Shown here piece after piece: positions 13,528 to 25,574 of a stretch of DNA of 64,000 nt. Numbering within the stretch: the stretch's first letter is position 1; every line of letters starts with the position of its first letter. The notes beneath the pieces were generated by a model, which saw nothing but the letters and a program-made list of their open reading frames with translations, was not told the origin of the DNA and searched no databases. A program made the translations under genes and the position numbers. Source of the DNA: Flaccisagitta enflata (lineage: Eukaryota); assembly GCA_965153355.1 (NCBI GenBank), contig OZ231126.1, positions 46,686,001-46,750,000 of the forward strand, given 5' to 3'.

Positions 13528-14220
13528 GAACTATTTCTGATCAGTTTGTCTATCCATGGTTTGTCTGTCATTCCTTTTTAGTTGCGGACACGCAACTCTA
13601 TAAGAGGCTTTGTCCGTCCGTCCGTTCGCTCTGTCCGTCCGTCCGTGGACACGAGTCGAAAAGTGGGAAAACGCGCATATCCGCCCCTGCCCACACGTCC
13701 GCAACTTGTATTGGCCGTGTATCCGGCCTTGTTCTTTTATTGCAAACTTCACCCGACGCTTAGTCGCGTGGTCTGTAAACTCACTCCTGCCATGCTGTTT
13801 GGACCGGGGTGTATCCACGTCCCTTGTCATTTTTTTCCCCTTTTGACAACGTCTTGCGGGTAAGTTACTGTAAGGTACTAGTTAGCTTCTAGGATGCGTG
13901 GTAACGCAACCTTCATCAAAACACACTCCTGCCATTGTTTGGACCGGGGTGTATCCTTGTGGTAATTGCCGGAGATGGTGACTTCTGACGGACAGACGGG
14001 CACGCGGGCCGCTATTGTTATTCATTTGTCTTTGGTCCCTGCTCGTTCCCCTTTCCTTCTTTATTTCGTTTCTTATTATGTATTGGTTACCATCATTTTC
14101 TCGATGACACCCCCCCCCCCCCCTTGTATTTTGTTTCGGTTATGTCTTGTGTTACGCCTAATTTTACTTATCTTTTTCGCCTTAACTTGGCTTGTTTTAC
14201 TTTTCACCCTGGTTCTTAGT

Positions 14221-14368
14221 TTTTTTTTAGTCGCGTGCACGCGACTCTAAAACCCGCTCCGTCCGTCTGTTGGTCCGTCCGTCCGTCGGTTTGTCGGTCA
14301 TGCTTAGCTTTTTTCGCCGCCCCTGCCCACCCGCACGCGACTAAGGTAGCCGTGTATCCGGCCTTGTT
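14221..14368 (+). mobile_element. HINE/DINE-1-like non-autonomous Helentron, family 1, compact reference copy. Other copies approximately at 10735-10802 joined to 24230-24348, 13575-13733, 20469-20617, 25978-26272, 30465-30688, 31932-32127(-), 37335-37510, 40408-40590, 41396-41651, 42972-43150(-), 53173-53414, 53583-53778(-), 58278-58427(-), 62571-62783
   Basis: T-run, palindromic 5' subTIR AGTCGCGTGCACGCGACT, (GTCC/GTCG)n microsatellite, 3' subTIR GCACGCGACT, terminal stem-loop GCCG-TGTATC-CGGC, then CTTGTT. No TSD; insertion into T-runs. This matches the described HINE/DINE-1 architecture. Confidence 0.8.
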
Positions 14369-15639
14369 TACTTTTTTTTATTATTATTGTGTCTTTTTAT
14401 GTTTTGTTATGATTTATATTTGCCCCCTCTCCCTGCGTTTCTTTTACACCGCGCACCTGTCTTAATATTCCCCCTACCCCTTATTGCACCTTGTTTATTT
14501 TGGTTTTGCATGTTTCTCTTTCCTCTCAGAACCCACTAAGTTGAATCTGACGCAAACACGGCGCATGAGTCCGTTTCAGTTGTCCATATGGACAGATTTT
14601 GGAACTCTTACGCCGTTGCGCTGCTTTTGACGTGTCCGTAAGTTCTGCATTTGTCCCCCCACCCCCCTCTTTTTGTATGTTTTTTTTTTCGTTCCCTGTT
14701 AGCTTCGCCCACATTTTTTCCCCTCGCGCTTTATTTCTCTTTACTTTACTATTCTCTTTCTCTTGCTCTTTTCTTTTGTCCTTGGACGTTTTTCCCTACT
14801 TTTTTTTCCCCTTGATTTGGCGCCTGGTAACAGGATTCTCGCTCATATTGGTTGCCCCCTTCGACGTTGTTTTTATTCCTCGATCTCTCCCCACTGTTTC
14901 CCGTCTCGTCAATTTCATTTTCCCCTTACCTAAAGCTCCCCGTTCACTTCAATGATTCGTTTCTTTGTATATTTACCTTTGTTTGGACATTCATTCCCCT
15001 TACTCGATTCCCGATTTAGTAATTCCCCTCACATTGGCGTTTTGAATTCATTCTTTTATTTGGTTGAGTTTTTCCCCGTCAAATTCGCTAGGTTAAACCT
15101 GGCGTGGACGTGACGTTTGGGTATGTATCAGTTGCCCATATGGGCAGATTTTGAAGACTAATCGGCACCGCGCTATTTTTGACAAGATCGTGGGCTGCAG
15201 GTGGATAACAGTTGCCCACTTGGGCAGAATTCTGGACCCTTTCGTCAACACGCTGGCTGTAGGCTCTTTTGTTCGTCTGTCCGTTAGGTTGTTACCTTGA
15301 TTTGGGAGAAATGATGGGGGCTACGCGTTCGGGCATCTTAGTTTAGGTGAAAACAATAACAGATGAGTGTTCCTGCCATTCTGTTTGGACCGGGATGCTA
15401 AACGTGTTTTGTTTGCCCGAGTTGGGTTTGTTTGTTCGTAAGTGTACACTGTACACGGTCTCTGCTGTCTGCACGAGTCGCTGATGTCAAGATGCATGGG
15501 TCACTGGTTCGGTTTGTCTTAAAAAGGACCACCGCCTCCAAACGAACTCGCATGTGTGTCCTCTGCTCGAGCTTAAACTTCCACCCATTTGACCTTTTTA
15601 ACCATCCCCGACCCCCCCCCCCATGATTATCATTATTTC

Positions 15640-15965
15640 TGTCACTTATTATTCTTATTTTAATATTACTATTGATATTATTAAAAATATTATTATTAAT
15701 ATAATTATAATCATTATTATTATTGTTATTATTATTATTATTATTTTTTTATCGGTATCATTATTGTCATTTGTTGTTGTTATCGTGATCGTTATTATTG
15801 TTACTATTGTTATTGTTGTTATTATCATTTTTGTTGTTATTTCTGTTATCGTTATTCCTGTTTTTGTGGTTTTTATTTTTATTGTTGTAATTTTTGTTCT
15901 TGTTGCTCTCATTGTTGTTGTTGTGGTTGTTGTTATTGTTATGGTTGTTGTTGCTGTCGTTGCTT
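15640..15965. repeat. Degenerate (ATT/GTT)n trinucleotide tract
   Basis: Directly visible low-complexity region inside the LTR element. Confidence 0.85.
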
Positions 15966-18070
15966 CTTTGTCTCGGTTTGTTTGTCTGGTTTTTTTGTTT
16001 GTTTTTTTGGTCCTTACGTTTTGGCATTTTTGTTTGTTTTTGTTTCGCTTCATTTTTTTTTTTCGCGGTCGTTGTTTCTTGCCCTTGTTTTTTTTCTTGT
16101 TTTTGTTGTGTTTTTTTTCCTTGCTCTCGTTTCTGTTTGTTTTTTTTTTTCCTGTTTTGTTTGTCTCGGATTTACATGGTCACCATGTATTCTCTCCCCG
16201 CGGATTGCGTCATATTTAGTTGCCTATGTAGGCAAAATTTTCTGGCCGTTGCCGCGCGTGCTTTAACCGTGTCATGACCTGATAAGCTTGTTCACTCAAT
16301 CATGTGATTGCTTGTTTTGCTCGCTATTTTGTGGTCGACCATTTATTCATTCACATGCTTGCTCATTCCCTTATTTGCGTCCTCGTTCAGCAGGTCAAGA
16401 CACGGCATTGTAGATGGATACCTCGTTGAGCCTGCTGTTGCAACCAAGTGGAAGAACGGAAGAAAACGATGGGAAAAATCGAGCGGCGACTGTGCGACGC
16501 AGCTTTGGAAGCGCGCCCTTGTTCTCGAATTTTCAAGGATTGGGTTTGGCCACATGTTGGACAGGAAATGACCAGGTTTGCTCGCTCGCTCGTTTGCCCG
16601 CTTGTTCTGTGCTTGTTGCTTCACTTGTCCACATATGCTCGCTCATTTGCGCGCACTCATTTGGCGTTCGTCGGTTGGTATGTCTGCGTTTGTTCTCAAG
16701 TTTGTTCATTTGTTCGCTGTTTGTTCACATGTTTGTTCACATGTTTGTTCGTTGATGTGCCCGTCTGTGCTTTTGTTCCAGAACTGATCTGGTCATGCCA
16801 TGTCCAAGTCAATACATGCTAAATCAGCGTTTATGTCAGTACACGCATTGGTAGCCAGGGGGAGTGAAAATCTAAATATCGGCAAAAAGTTTCGTTCTTG
16901 GTCCTAATGTATATTTATATGTTTGGTAAGATTATTTAACAAAGATTTGACCCATTGGCTGGCCTTAGAGGGGCGCAAACATCATCAAATTTAGCCCTAG
17001 TCGACATGAAAAGTTTTGTCAGCTGATCTTTTCCATTCAAACGATTATAGCCAAGTCATTTTTTGATGGATTTATAAAAAATCGGTGACCAAAATGTAGA
17101 GTTTTTCAAGGGGCGTCCATCCTTTTTTTGCGCGACCAAATCGGTCAAACCGTTCAAAAGTTATGACCGCTCAAAGATAGGTGAGCGAGAAAAAAATCCG
17201 TAAAAATATGAAAAATCTCATTTCTATTCACAATTTTTGGTACTTTAAGTGCTCCGATTTTGATGAAATTTAATATGGAGGTAGTCCATAATGTGGAGTA
17301 CCTCCAGTAAAAAATTTGTTTAAATCGGTCAACTTTTAGGGGGGCAACGGCATTTTTTTTTTTAAAAATCGCGAAATAGCCGTTTTTTCAAAATTAAGGT
17401 ACATCAAAATTTTCAAAAACTAAAATTTTTTTAACAAAAAAAGCATCAGTAGGGTCTTATACATGTGCTTTTGAAATTTCAGGGCCATATTTCAACTTTT
17501 CTTAGGTTACAGGTTGAAAGAAGGCCAAAAATTGGCCATTTTCGCGTTTTTTGGTTTTACGGTCTTCGCTAAATTGTTATTTGACACCCAAAAAAGGCTC
17601 TCAGGGCCGCCAAATTTTTTTTGGGCATCACCAAGAGTCTTCTAAAGGAATTTTGGCCCATGGTTCATAGGTGCCTGCCATATTATGGCAATGTCTCAGG
17701 CTCAAAGACGATTTTTGGGGTTTTTTGTCAGAATTTTGGATTTTCGAACGCAATTCTTGGTACTTTATTTTGATGAAATTTCACATGGAGGTAGTCCATA
17801 ATGTGAAGTACCTCCAGTAAAAATTTTGTCCAAATCGGTCAACTTTTAGGGGGGTAACGACATTTTTTTTCTTTAAAAAAATCGCGAAAAAGCTGTTTTT
17901 TCAAAATTTAGGTACCTTAGAATTTTTACAGCCTCATAATTTTTTACATACAGCTTAATTTGGCTCCAACACATGTGCATGTCAAATTTCAAAGCTTATT
18001 TCCAAGTTTAAGATGGGCTCTTATAGAGTTGCGTGTCCGCAACTTAAAAGAGTTTATGTGCCATCTTATG

Positions 18071-18107
<37 letters not shown>

Positions 18108-18946
18108 CCTCCCTCGCGACTTTGTACATATTTACGAACAATTGAGCGTTCGTGAAACGTGCAGTGAGTTAAACCAAGTTTAGGTCGATTTTGAATATTT
18201 TGTGATGTCATCTGTTCAACCTACACAATAACACTTTAGTCGTTAATCAAGTTAGCCGTTAATCAAGTCATTGTCACCACTGTTTTTGTTTCTAATGAAA
18301 ATTTTATGTCCCACAGTACACCACATGACTTAAGTCGGGGTGCAAAAAAGGCAAAATTTTGGTTTCAGTCTATTTTCATAACTGTATTTTTTGATGAAAT
18401 TTGTCATTTTCTATTGAATATCAATCGGGGGGGGGGTGAATCTTAATTCCCCTTAGTTAAATATTATGTTATTAGTAAAAGAAACCCTAGTAAAGAAACC
18501 CTGGTGAAGGCTTTGTTTAATTGACACAGACCAAGAAATATTGACTGGAAATAATAGATTCCTTACAAGTAGAAGAGCAAAAATTCAAAACCTGCGATGG
18601 ATAAATTCTAAGACTTGTCACTTGAACAAATTGAACAATTTTGCGTTGTTGTTGTTGTTGTTGTTGTTGTTGCTGTCGTTAACAAAGTTGTCATCGCTGC
18701 TGTAATTGTCAATGATACATGATATGATGCCAAAACAAATATACTGGATTCTGATTGAGAGAGAGAAGAGAGAAGAGAGAAGAGAGAAGAGAGAAGAGAG
18801 AAGAGAGAAGAGAGAAGAGAGAAGAGAGAGTTCTTGACCAATCAAATCGACCGAAAAAAAAAATCCTGACTTGTTCCGAATTCGGTTCAGAGAAAAAAGC
18901 TTTCGTTGCGCGTGTGTGTGTGTTTGTGTTTGTGTTTGTGTTTGTG

Positions 18947-18994
<48 letters not shown>

Positions 18995-21011
18995 CCGGCC
19001 GGAAGTCTGTTGATCCATTTGTGGTGATCAAGTGAAACAAGGCCGGATACACGGCAAGACAGTCGCAGATGGTTAGGCAGGAGCAGTAATGCGAAAACTG
19101 CCCGGAATTCAAATATGTGATGGACCGACGGACCGACAGAAAATAGCAAGTAAAACAAATAAAAAAATGTCTTATCATATGATATTATGAGTTTTCATTG
19201 ACCATTATCAATCCCACAGTATACACAAAAAATTTCAACTCATTACTCAAACAAAAGGTTATCAAAAAATGGTGTGAATATCAAATTTTCCCCTCCTTTT
19301 TTCTCTCAAAGCTGAACATTATGACAATTATTTTTTTTAAACTCATTTTGCTTAAACATTAAGCATATTTTCTTTTGCCATTCGATGGACAACTACTTGA
19401 GGGACATTCCTCTCCATTTTCGTGTTAATGGATGGATCCTAAGCAGAGAAATAAAATTTTTCTTGGAGCGTATCAATTCGCGAACACCCCCAAATTGGTT
19501 CCTAACGCATACCTAACGCTCAAGATATGCCACTATGGTGTGAAAATGACACAATGTACATAAAATCTGATTACACCACGTGAAAGAGCGTGAAATTTTG
19601 AGTCTACACTGAAAATTTGAAGTCTTAACTCCCAGGCGTTCAGTCACAATGAAATTTCATATTTTTTTGGTCCTGAAAGTGTTGCAGAATTAATACGCTC
19701 ATCGGACGATCATCGTAGTTATTTTCTTCTCAGCAGAAGTCAAGATTTTGCGGACTTTGAAGAAAAAAAATACAATTTGTCCAATTTACAAAAATGCCCA
19801 TATCTCAGGAACCCTTCGAGCTACACCCATGATTTATTGCGGGAAAACAGACTTTACCAAGAGAGATCAGGAGAAAAAATTTGGTCTTCTGAAGATGAGT
19901 CCGACCAGCCCAACCAGCCCAACCAACCTACTAGATGAAAAATGAAAAGTGGCATAACTTTTTAATGAGTCGGCCAATTTGGCTGAAATTTTGCATGAAA
20001 GTTGATTAAGAGTATCTACATAAGTAGTATGAAGAAGAGCTTGGCGGAACAAATTCTTACCACACTGCCCAACCAACCAAAAATGGTGCTTACTGAGATT
20101 TTTTGAAAATTCATCATATTTTAATTTTTTTCCATGAAAAATCCTCACACAATTGCGTTTAAACATTATTTAGGTAAAAAATATTCTCATATTGATTTAT
20201 TTGCTACGATATGCTTTATTTTGTATTGTTTTGTGTACAAAATCTGTCTAATTAAGCTTAATTTGCATGAAAAATGTGCTCAGTAAACAAAATTCTTCTA
20301 TGCATTTTTTAATGTTACTTCATCAGCTATACAGTGATATATAGTTTTGTTGAATTTGAATCATTAAAAGAATGGCTAGTTCTACCCCTGCCCACTTGAC
20401 GTTTCTTGACATTCGCCTGCAGTCTTCGGTTTTGAGTCTGCGGTAGTATTTTTGAGTCCAGTTTCAATTTTTAGTCGCGGACACGCGACTGTATAAGCCA
20501 CTTTTTGGTCCATCAGTCCGGCGGTCTGTCTGTCCGTCCGTCACAAATCACTTTTTTAGGTTTTCCACTCCTGCCCACCCGACCGCGACTAATGCTGCCG
20601 TGTAAACGGCCTTGTTTTCAGTCTGTTGTCTTGATTTTCAAGTCGCGCTTTTCAAGTCCGTTCGCGATTTTTGAGTCTGTGTTTGCAATACGCAGTCTGT
20701 GGTCATGACATTAGAGTCTGGGCGCAATTTTCGAGTCTGTTGTTGCAATTTCCGAGTCTGTGGTCGCAATTTTTGGTCTGTGTGTGTCAGTGCTCGTGTG
20801 TGTGTGTGTGTGTGTGTGTGTGCGAATGTGTGTGTGTGTGTGTGCGAATGTGTGTGTGTGTGCGAATGTGTGTGTGTGCGAATGTGTCCACTGACGTGAA
20901 TGTTGAGAGGTGGAAAAAGAACATTCGAAGGAAGTTACGAAGCGAAGAAGCCCCGTTTATCTGCTCTCTCATCTGACTCATTTCGGAATCTGAGTATGAG
21001 AATTACAACAG

Positions 21012-21048
<37 letters not shown>

Positions 21049-21239
21049 TTCATCTTTTTAGTTGTGGACACGCAACTCCATAAGAGGCCGTCAGTCCGTC
21101 GGTCCGTGTGTGGGGGTTTGGGTGTGGATGCAGGTTGGATGCCCGCTATGTTTGTTAGCTCACTCGCTTTTGCAGCGGTCTGCTTGGCTACACTCGCTTT
21201 GCTCCCTCGCTCCATTCACCGGCTCGCTTGCTCACTCAA

Positions 21240-22540
21240 TATCCGAGTCTGTGGTCTTGATTTCCGAGTCTGTCGTCTTGATTTCCGAGTCTCTGGTCTC
21301 AATTTCCGAGTCTGTGTTCTCGATTTCCGAGTCTGTGGTCTCAAATTCCCAGTCTGTGGTCTCGATTTCCCAGTCTGTGGTCTCAAACTCCCGATTTCCC
21401 AGTCTGTGGTCTCGATTTCCCAGTCTGTGGTCTCGATTTCCCAGTCTGTGGTCTCAATTTCCCAGTCTGTGGTCTCGATTTCCCAGTCTGTGGTCTCAAT
21501 TTCCCAGTCTATGGTCTCAATTTCCCAGTCTGTGGCCTCGATTTCCCAGTCTGTGGCCTCGATTTCCCAGTCTGTGGTCTCAATTTCCCAGTTTGTGGTC
21601 TTGATTTCCCAGTCTGTGGTCTTGATTTCCCAGTCTGTGGTCTCGATTTCCCAGTCTGTGGTCTCGATTTCCCAGTCTGTGGTCTCGATTTCCCAGTCTG
21701 TGGTCTCAATTTCCCAGTCTGTGGTCTCAATTTCCCAGTCTGTGGTCTCAATTTCCGAGTCTGTGGTCTCAATTTCCGAGTCTGTGGTCTCAATTTCCGA
21801 GTCTGTGGTCTCGATTTCCGAGTCTGTGGTCTCGATTTCCGAGTCTGTAGTTTCGATTTCCGAGTCTGTAGTCTCGATTTCCGAGTCTGTAGTCTCGATT
21901 TCCGAGTCTGTGGTCTCGATTTCCGAGTCTGTGGTCTCAATTTCCGAGTCTGTGGTCTCAATTTCCGAGTCTGTGGTCTCAATTTCCGAGTCTGTGGTCT
22001 CGATTTCCGAGTCTGTGGTCTCGATTTCCGAGTCTGTGGTCTCGATTTCCGAGTCTGTGGTCTCGATTTCCGAGTCTGTGGTCTCGATTTCCGAGTCTGT
22101 GGTCTCGATTTCCGAGTCTGTGGTCTCGATTTTCGAGTCTGTGGTCTCGATTTTCGAGTGTGTGGTCTCGATTTTCGAGTCTGTGGTCTCAACTTCCCAG
22201 TCTGTGGTCTAGATTTCCTTATCTGTGGTCTGGATTTCCGAGTCTGTGGTCTGGATTTCCGAGTCTGTGGTCTGGATTTCCCAGTCTGTTGTGTCGATTT
22301 CCCAGTCTGTTGTGTCAATTTCCCAGTCTGTTGGGGCGATTACCGAGTCTGTGGGGGCAATTACCGAGTCTGTGGGGGCAATTACCGAGTCTGTGGGCGC
22401 GATTACTGAGTCTGGGGGCGCAATTTCCCAGTCTGTGGGGGCGATTTCCCAGTCTGTGGGGGCGATTTCCATATCTGTGGTTGCAAGTTTCAAGTTTATG
22501 ATCAAGTCTGTGGTCAAGGTTTTCGAGTCTGTGGTCACAA
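21240..22540. repeat. 21-bp minisatellite, about 60 copies ((G/C)AGTCTGTGGTCTC(G/A)ATTTCC)
   Basis: Directly visible; degenerate units also at 20430-20780; explains the SISESVV/SRPQTRK pseudo-ORFs. Confidence 0.95.
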
Positions 22541-23707
22541 CAGCCACAGCTTTTTGAGAAAATAATATCCATTATAATTTTCATATTCTTCATGAAAAGA
22601 GGATTCGAATGATATGCTGAAACATATACTTTATCAGTTACTATCTTAAAAAATTGTGCAGGAAGGAAAAATCTTCTTCTGATCAGTATTCGTAACAGCC
22701 GCAATTTCGCGGCGCCTAAACCAGACAACAACCTTGATGATTTTTTTTCGATTAAATTTTTTTAACTTATGCGAGGCTGGCGGCGCCGATCGGGTGAGCC
22801 GATTTGGACGCGGCCAACGGCGTTTGATCACAAATTTTACAAAGTTTTTCCTATAAAAAGTTATAAATCATAACGCCATATTAAGAGGCGTTTTTATTTG
22901 TTCGTAATTATCTAAATATGATGAAATTGGCATAGCTGATATATACTGTTTGAACACCGCTATTTCACGATAGTTATTGACCTCTCCGTGATCTATATGA
23001 ATAGATACTAATTGATATAGGATAATTTAATCATATATATGTCACTAACCAATTATTTTGTGTTCCATATACATAAGAAAATATAAAACTAAGCGATTTT
23101 TGACAAAAAATAAATTTGACGTTGTCGGTTTCACTCTCCCTCGCTAGCATTGGCGCGCCTACAAATTAATGGCCAGGACGAACGAATTGCAATGACGCGG
23201 CAAGGAGAGTGCGCTTCAGAACCGATCTTAGGATTCCTCTCTTCGACGAAATTTGATACATTGGACGACCTCGCTAGCATCTTTTCACGGTTTCTGATTG
23301 TAAATGTATTCTCGCTTGGGACATGAGTGATACTTCGCCGTTTGTATGTTTATAGGCATACCCACATTGTACTACTGTTACGTGGTATTGCTTTTTCACT
23401 ATTTTCCTATCCATTATTGATGACGTCATTTGGAGACATCGCATTGTCGGTCGTGATTATTATTTCTCATGTTGGCTGATTTGTAATTGCGTTTTATTTT
23501 GTGCCGCATAACACACATTGCATAGTTGGATGTGATTATTGCTCTTTGCGTTGATTTATTGTTGATTACGTGGTGCAGCGCGGACTCTTCAGCACACATG
23601 TGCTGGTATCATTATTTACGGTTACGTACATATTTTTGGTGAAAGGATGGGGGTCTCTTTGTCTTAGGATAAGCTACTCATTTTGACGCTGGGGACATCG
23701 TCTCGGC

Positions 23708-23718
23708 GAGAGGGGGAG
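23708..23718 (+). promoter_or_regulatory. Polypurine tract (GAGAGGGGGAG)
   Basis: All-purine run 4 nt upstream of the 3' LTR. Confidence 0.75.
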
Positions 23719-23722
23719 CAAC

Positions 23723-24229
23723 TGTAGTGCCGCGCGTTTCCCCTTCTTACCCTCTCTGATATCTGGGTTGGGTCCTTCCCTTTCCCTTGCCGGCTTTGCC
23801 CTACCTTCTCCTTCTCTCTCTGGCTATTGCCTTGGGACCTCCTCTTCCGTGGCTTCATCTTCCCCACTTTGGCCTACTTAACGGAGGTGTGGCTGCAGTC
23901 TGGGAGAGGCCACTCCCCTTCCCCTGGCGTCTTATTCTCCCTGAGCAAGATGTCCATTTGGATATCACCTCTGTCCCCTTAGGATTGACTTCATTCTTAG
24001 GACCCCCCCCCTCTTAGGCTAGTTATGCAGAGATGACAGATTCATTAGGTCTTAGGGTCTTGTTAAGGGCTATATCACATATTATTTGCCTAGTTTGGTT
24101 CTTTCTCAGTACATTCTCCCCGCGGGCTCTTAGGGATCTTCTTTAGGAGTTTTTGGCAGGCACCCCATCTTTGAGCATTCTACCCCTGGACCCTGACGAT
24201 AGCATCCTTCCGCCTACCCCGGCATATCA
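23723..24229 (+). repeat. 3' LTR (507 bp)
   Basis: Direct copy of 10803-11309; preceded by purine tract, followed by CTTT. Confidence 0.95.
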
Positions 24230-24976
24230 CTTTTTTTTATGATTTTATTACTTTGACCTCCCTGCTCCCGCCCAAATGGTCTGGTGACCTCAAAAATGGC
24301 CCCTGCCCACCCGCACGCGACTTCGGTAGCCGTGTATCCGGCCTTGTTTAATTAGTGAGGGCTCCTCCAGCATCAATAATGGCTTGTGTTCGATGTGGCA
24401 TGGATTGGAAGAGGTGCTGCAAGTTTTTTGGTGTAATTGTTCGCCAAAACTTTCCTGCGATTTTTTTTTCAGGTTAATTACTCTGACAATCACCCTTATT
24501 TTGCTTGTAACTTAAAAACAAATTAAACTAGAAATGCCAGGTTGGTCCCATTTTAAAGATCTCTTCAGGACCTTTCCAACTGTCACCAATTTTTTTGTGA
24601 ATCCGTTCAAAAATTAGTGAGTTCTAACATGTAAAACATGAGCTTTTTTTTATGGGGATAACATTTTTTTTTCACTTTTCTGAAATGAAACTCTTTCTTT
24701 AATCTACTCTCAGACTACTTTTGGACTTAGTGAGATGCGGATTGCAGGGCTAGATAGATCTTTTGCTCTAGTTTTTTTCAGTCATGAATTCTAATTGAAT
24801 CCGACTTTGCAAAGGCGCTCAATTGAGTAAAACAACTGCTGCGTTTATTTCGGCAAAGATAGGAACAAACGCCTATTTGCAACGATGCATCGGTGTAATG
24901 ATACTATTTCTCATTTCTCAATTCTTTTAGGCGCAACTCTATATCAAAGTCGATGCTTCTTTTACATCAGGATATA

Positions 24977-25574
24977 CAGTGCGATGGGAACAAAGACGAC
25001 CTAGACTGGAGGATAGATTTTAGGTATCTTAATTTTATTTCATATATAGAAAAATTGAGATCTATGCTAATTAAAGATTGCTCTATTGCTTGAATATATT
25101 GGTTTCTGTTATTCTTCAACTTATGACTTGACTTCATCAGGACTTCATTTTTCAATGTTCTAACCTAGGTCATCGGATAGGGCAGAAAATTCTATATAAT
25201 CTTTTAAAAAAATCAGCTCAATCCAACCATTTTTACAGGTTTTATACCTGTTTTAAGTTTTGCCCAAATATTAATTTACATGATTATTCTTCTTGAAAAA
25301 TAGCTGTAAAACCTGTAAAAATAATCTGATTGAGCTGATTTTTTTTCTCATGATCATATAGAATTTTTAGCCCAATCTGATGGGCTAGGTTAGAATATTA
25401 AAAAAGGAAATCCTGATGAAGTCATATCACAAGTTGGAGAATGAAAAAAGCTAATACATTCAAGCAATAGAGCAACCTTTAATCAGCATAGATCTAAATT
25501 TTTTAAAATCAAATGAAATTAAAATACTTAAAATCTATCCTCCAGTATAGGTCGTCTTTGCTCCCATCGTACTG
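24977..25574. mobile_element. Tc1/mariner-type fold-back MITE
   Basis: TA|CAGTGCGATGGGAACAAAGACGACC ... GGTCGTCTTTGCTCCCATCGTACTG|TA, with long diverged inverted arms. Confidence 0.85.

Larger units (their letters stand above)
10803..24229 (+). mobile_element. Non-autonomous LTR retrotransposon (LARD-like), 13,427 bp, no recognisable gag/pol
   Basis: Direct 507-bp terminal repeats starting TGTAGTG and ending TATCA. CTTT on both flanks (10799-10802, 24230-24233). TGG-starting PBS-like site after the left LTR and purine tract before the right LTR. The two flanks rejoin into one HINE-like element. Confidence 0.92.

Noticed and set aside
21062-22557. 382-aa SISESVV and 269-aa SRPQTRK repeat ORFs
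   Set aside because: A stop-free 21-bp unit is open in several frames on both strands; there is no unique domain or gene context.
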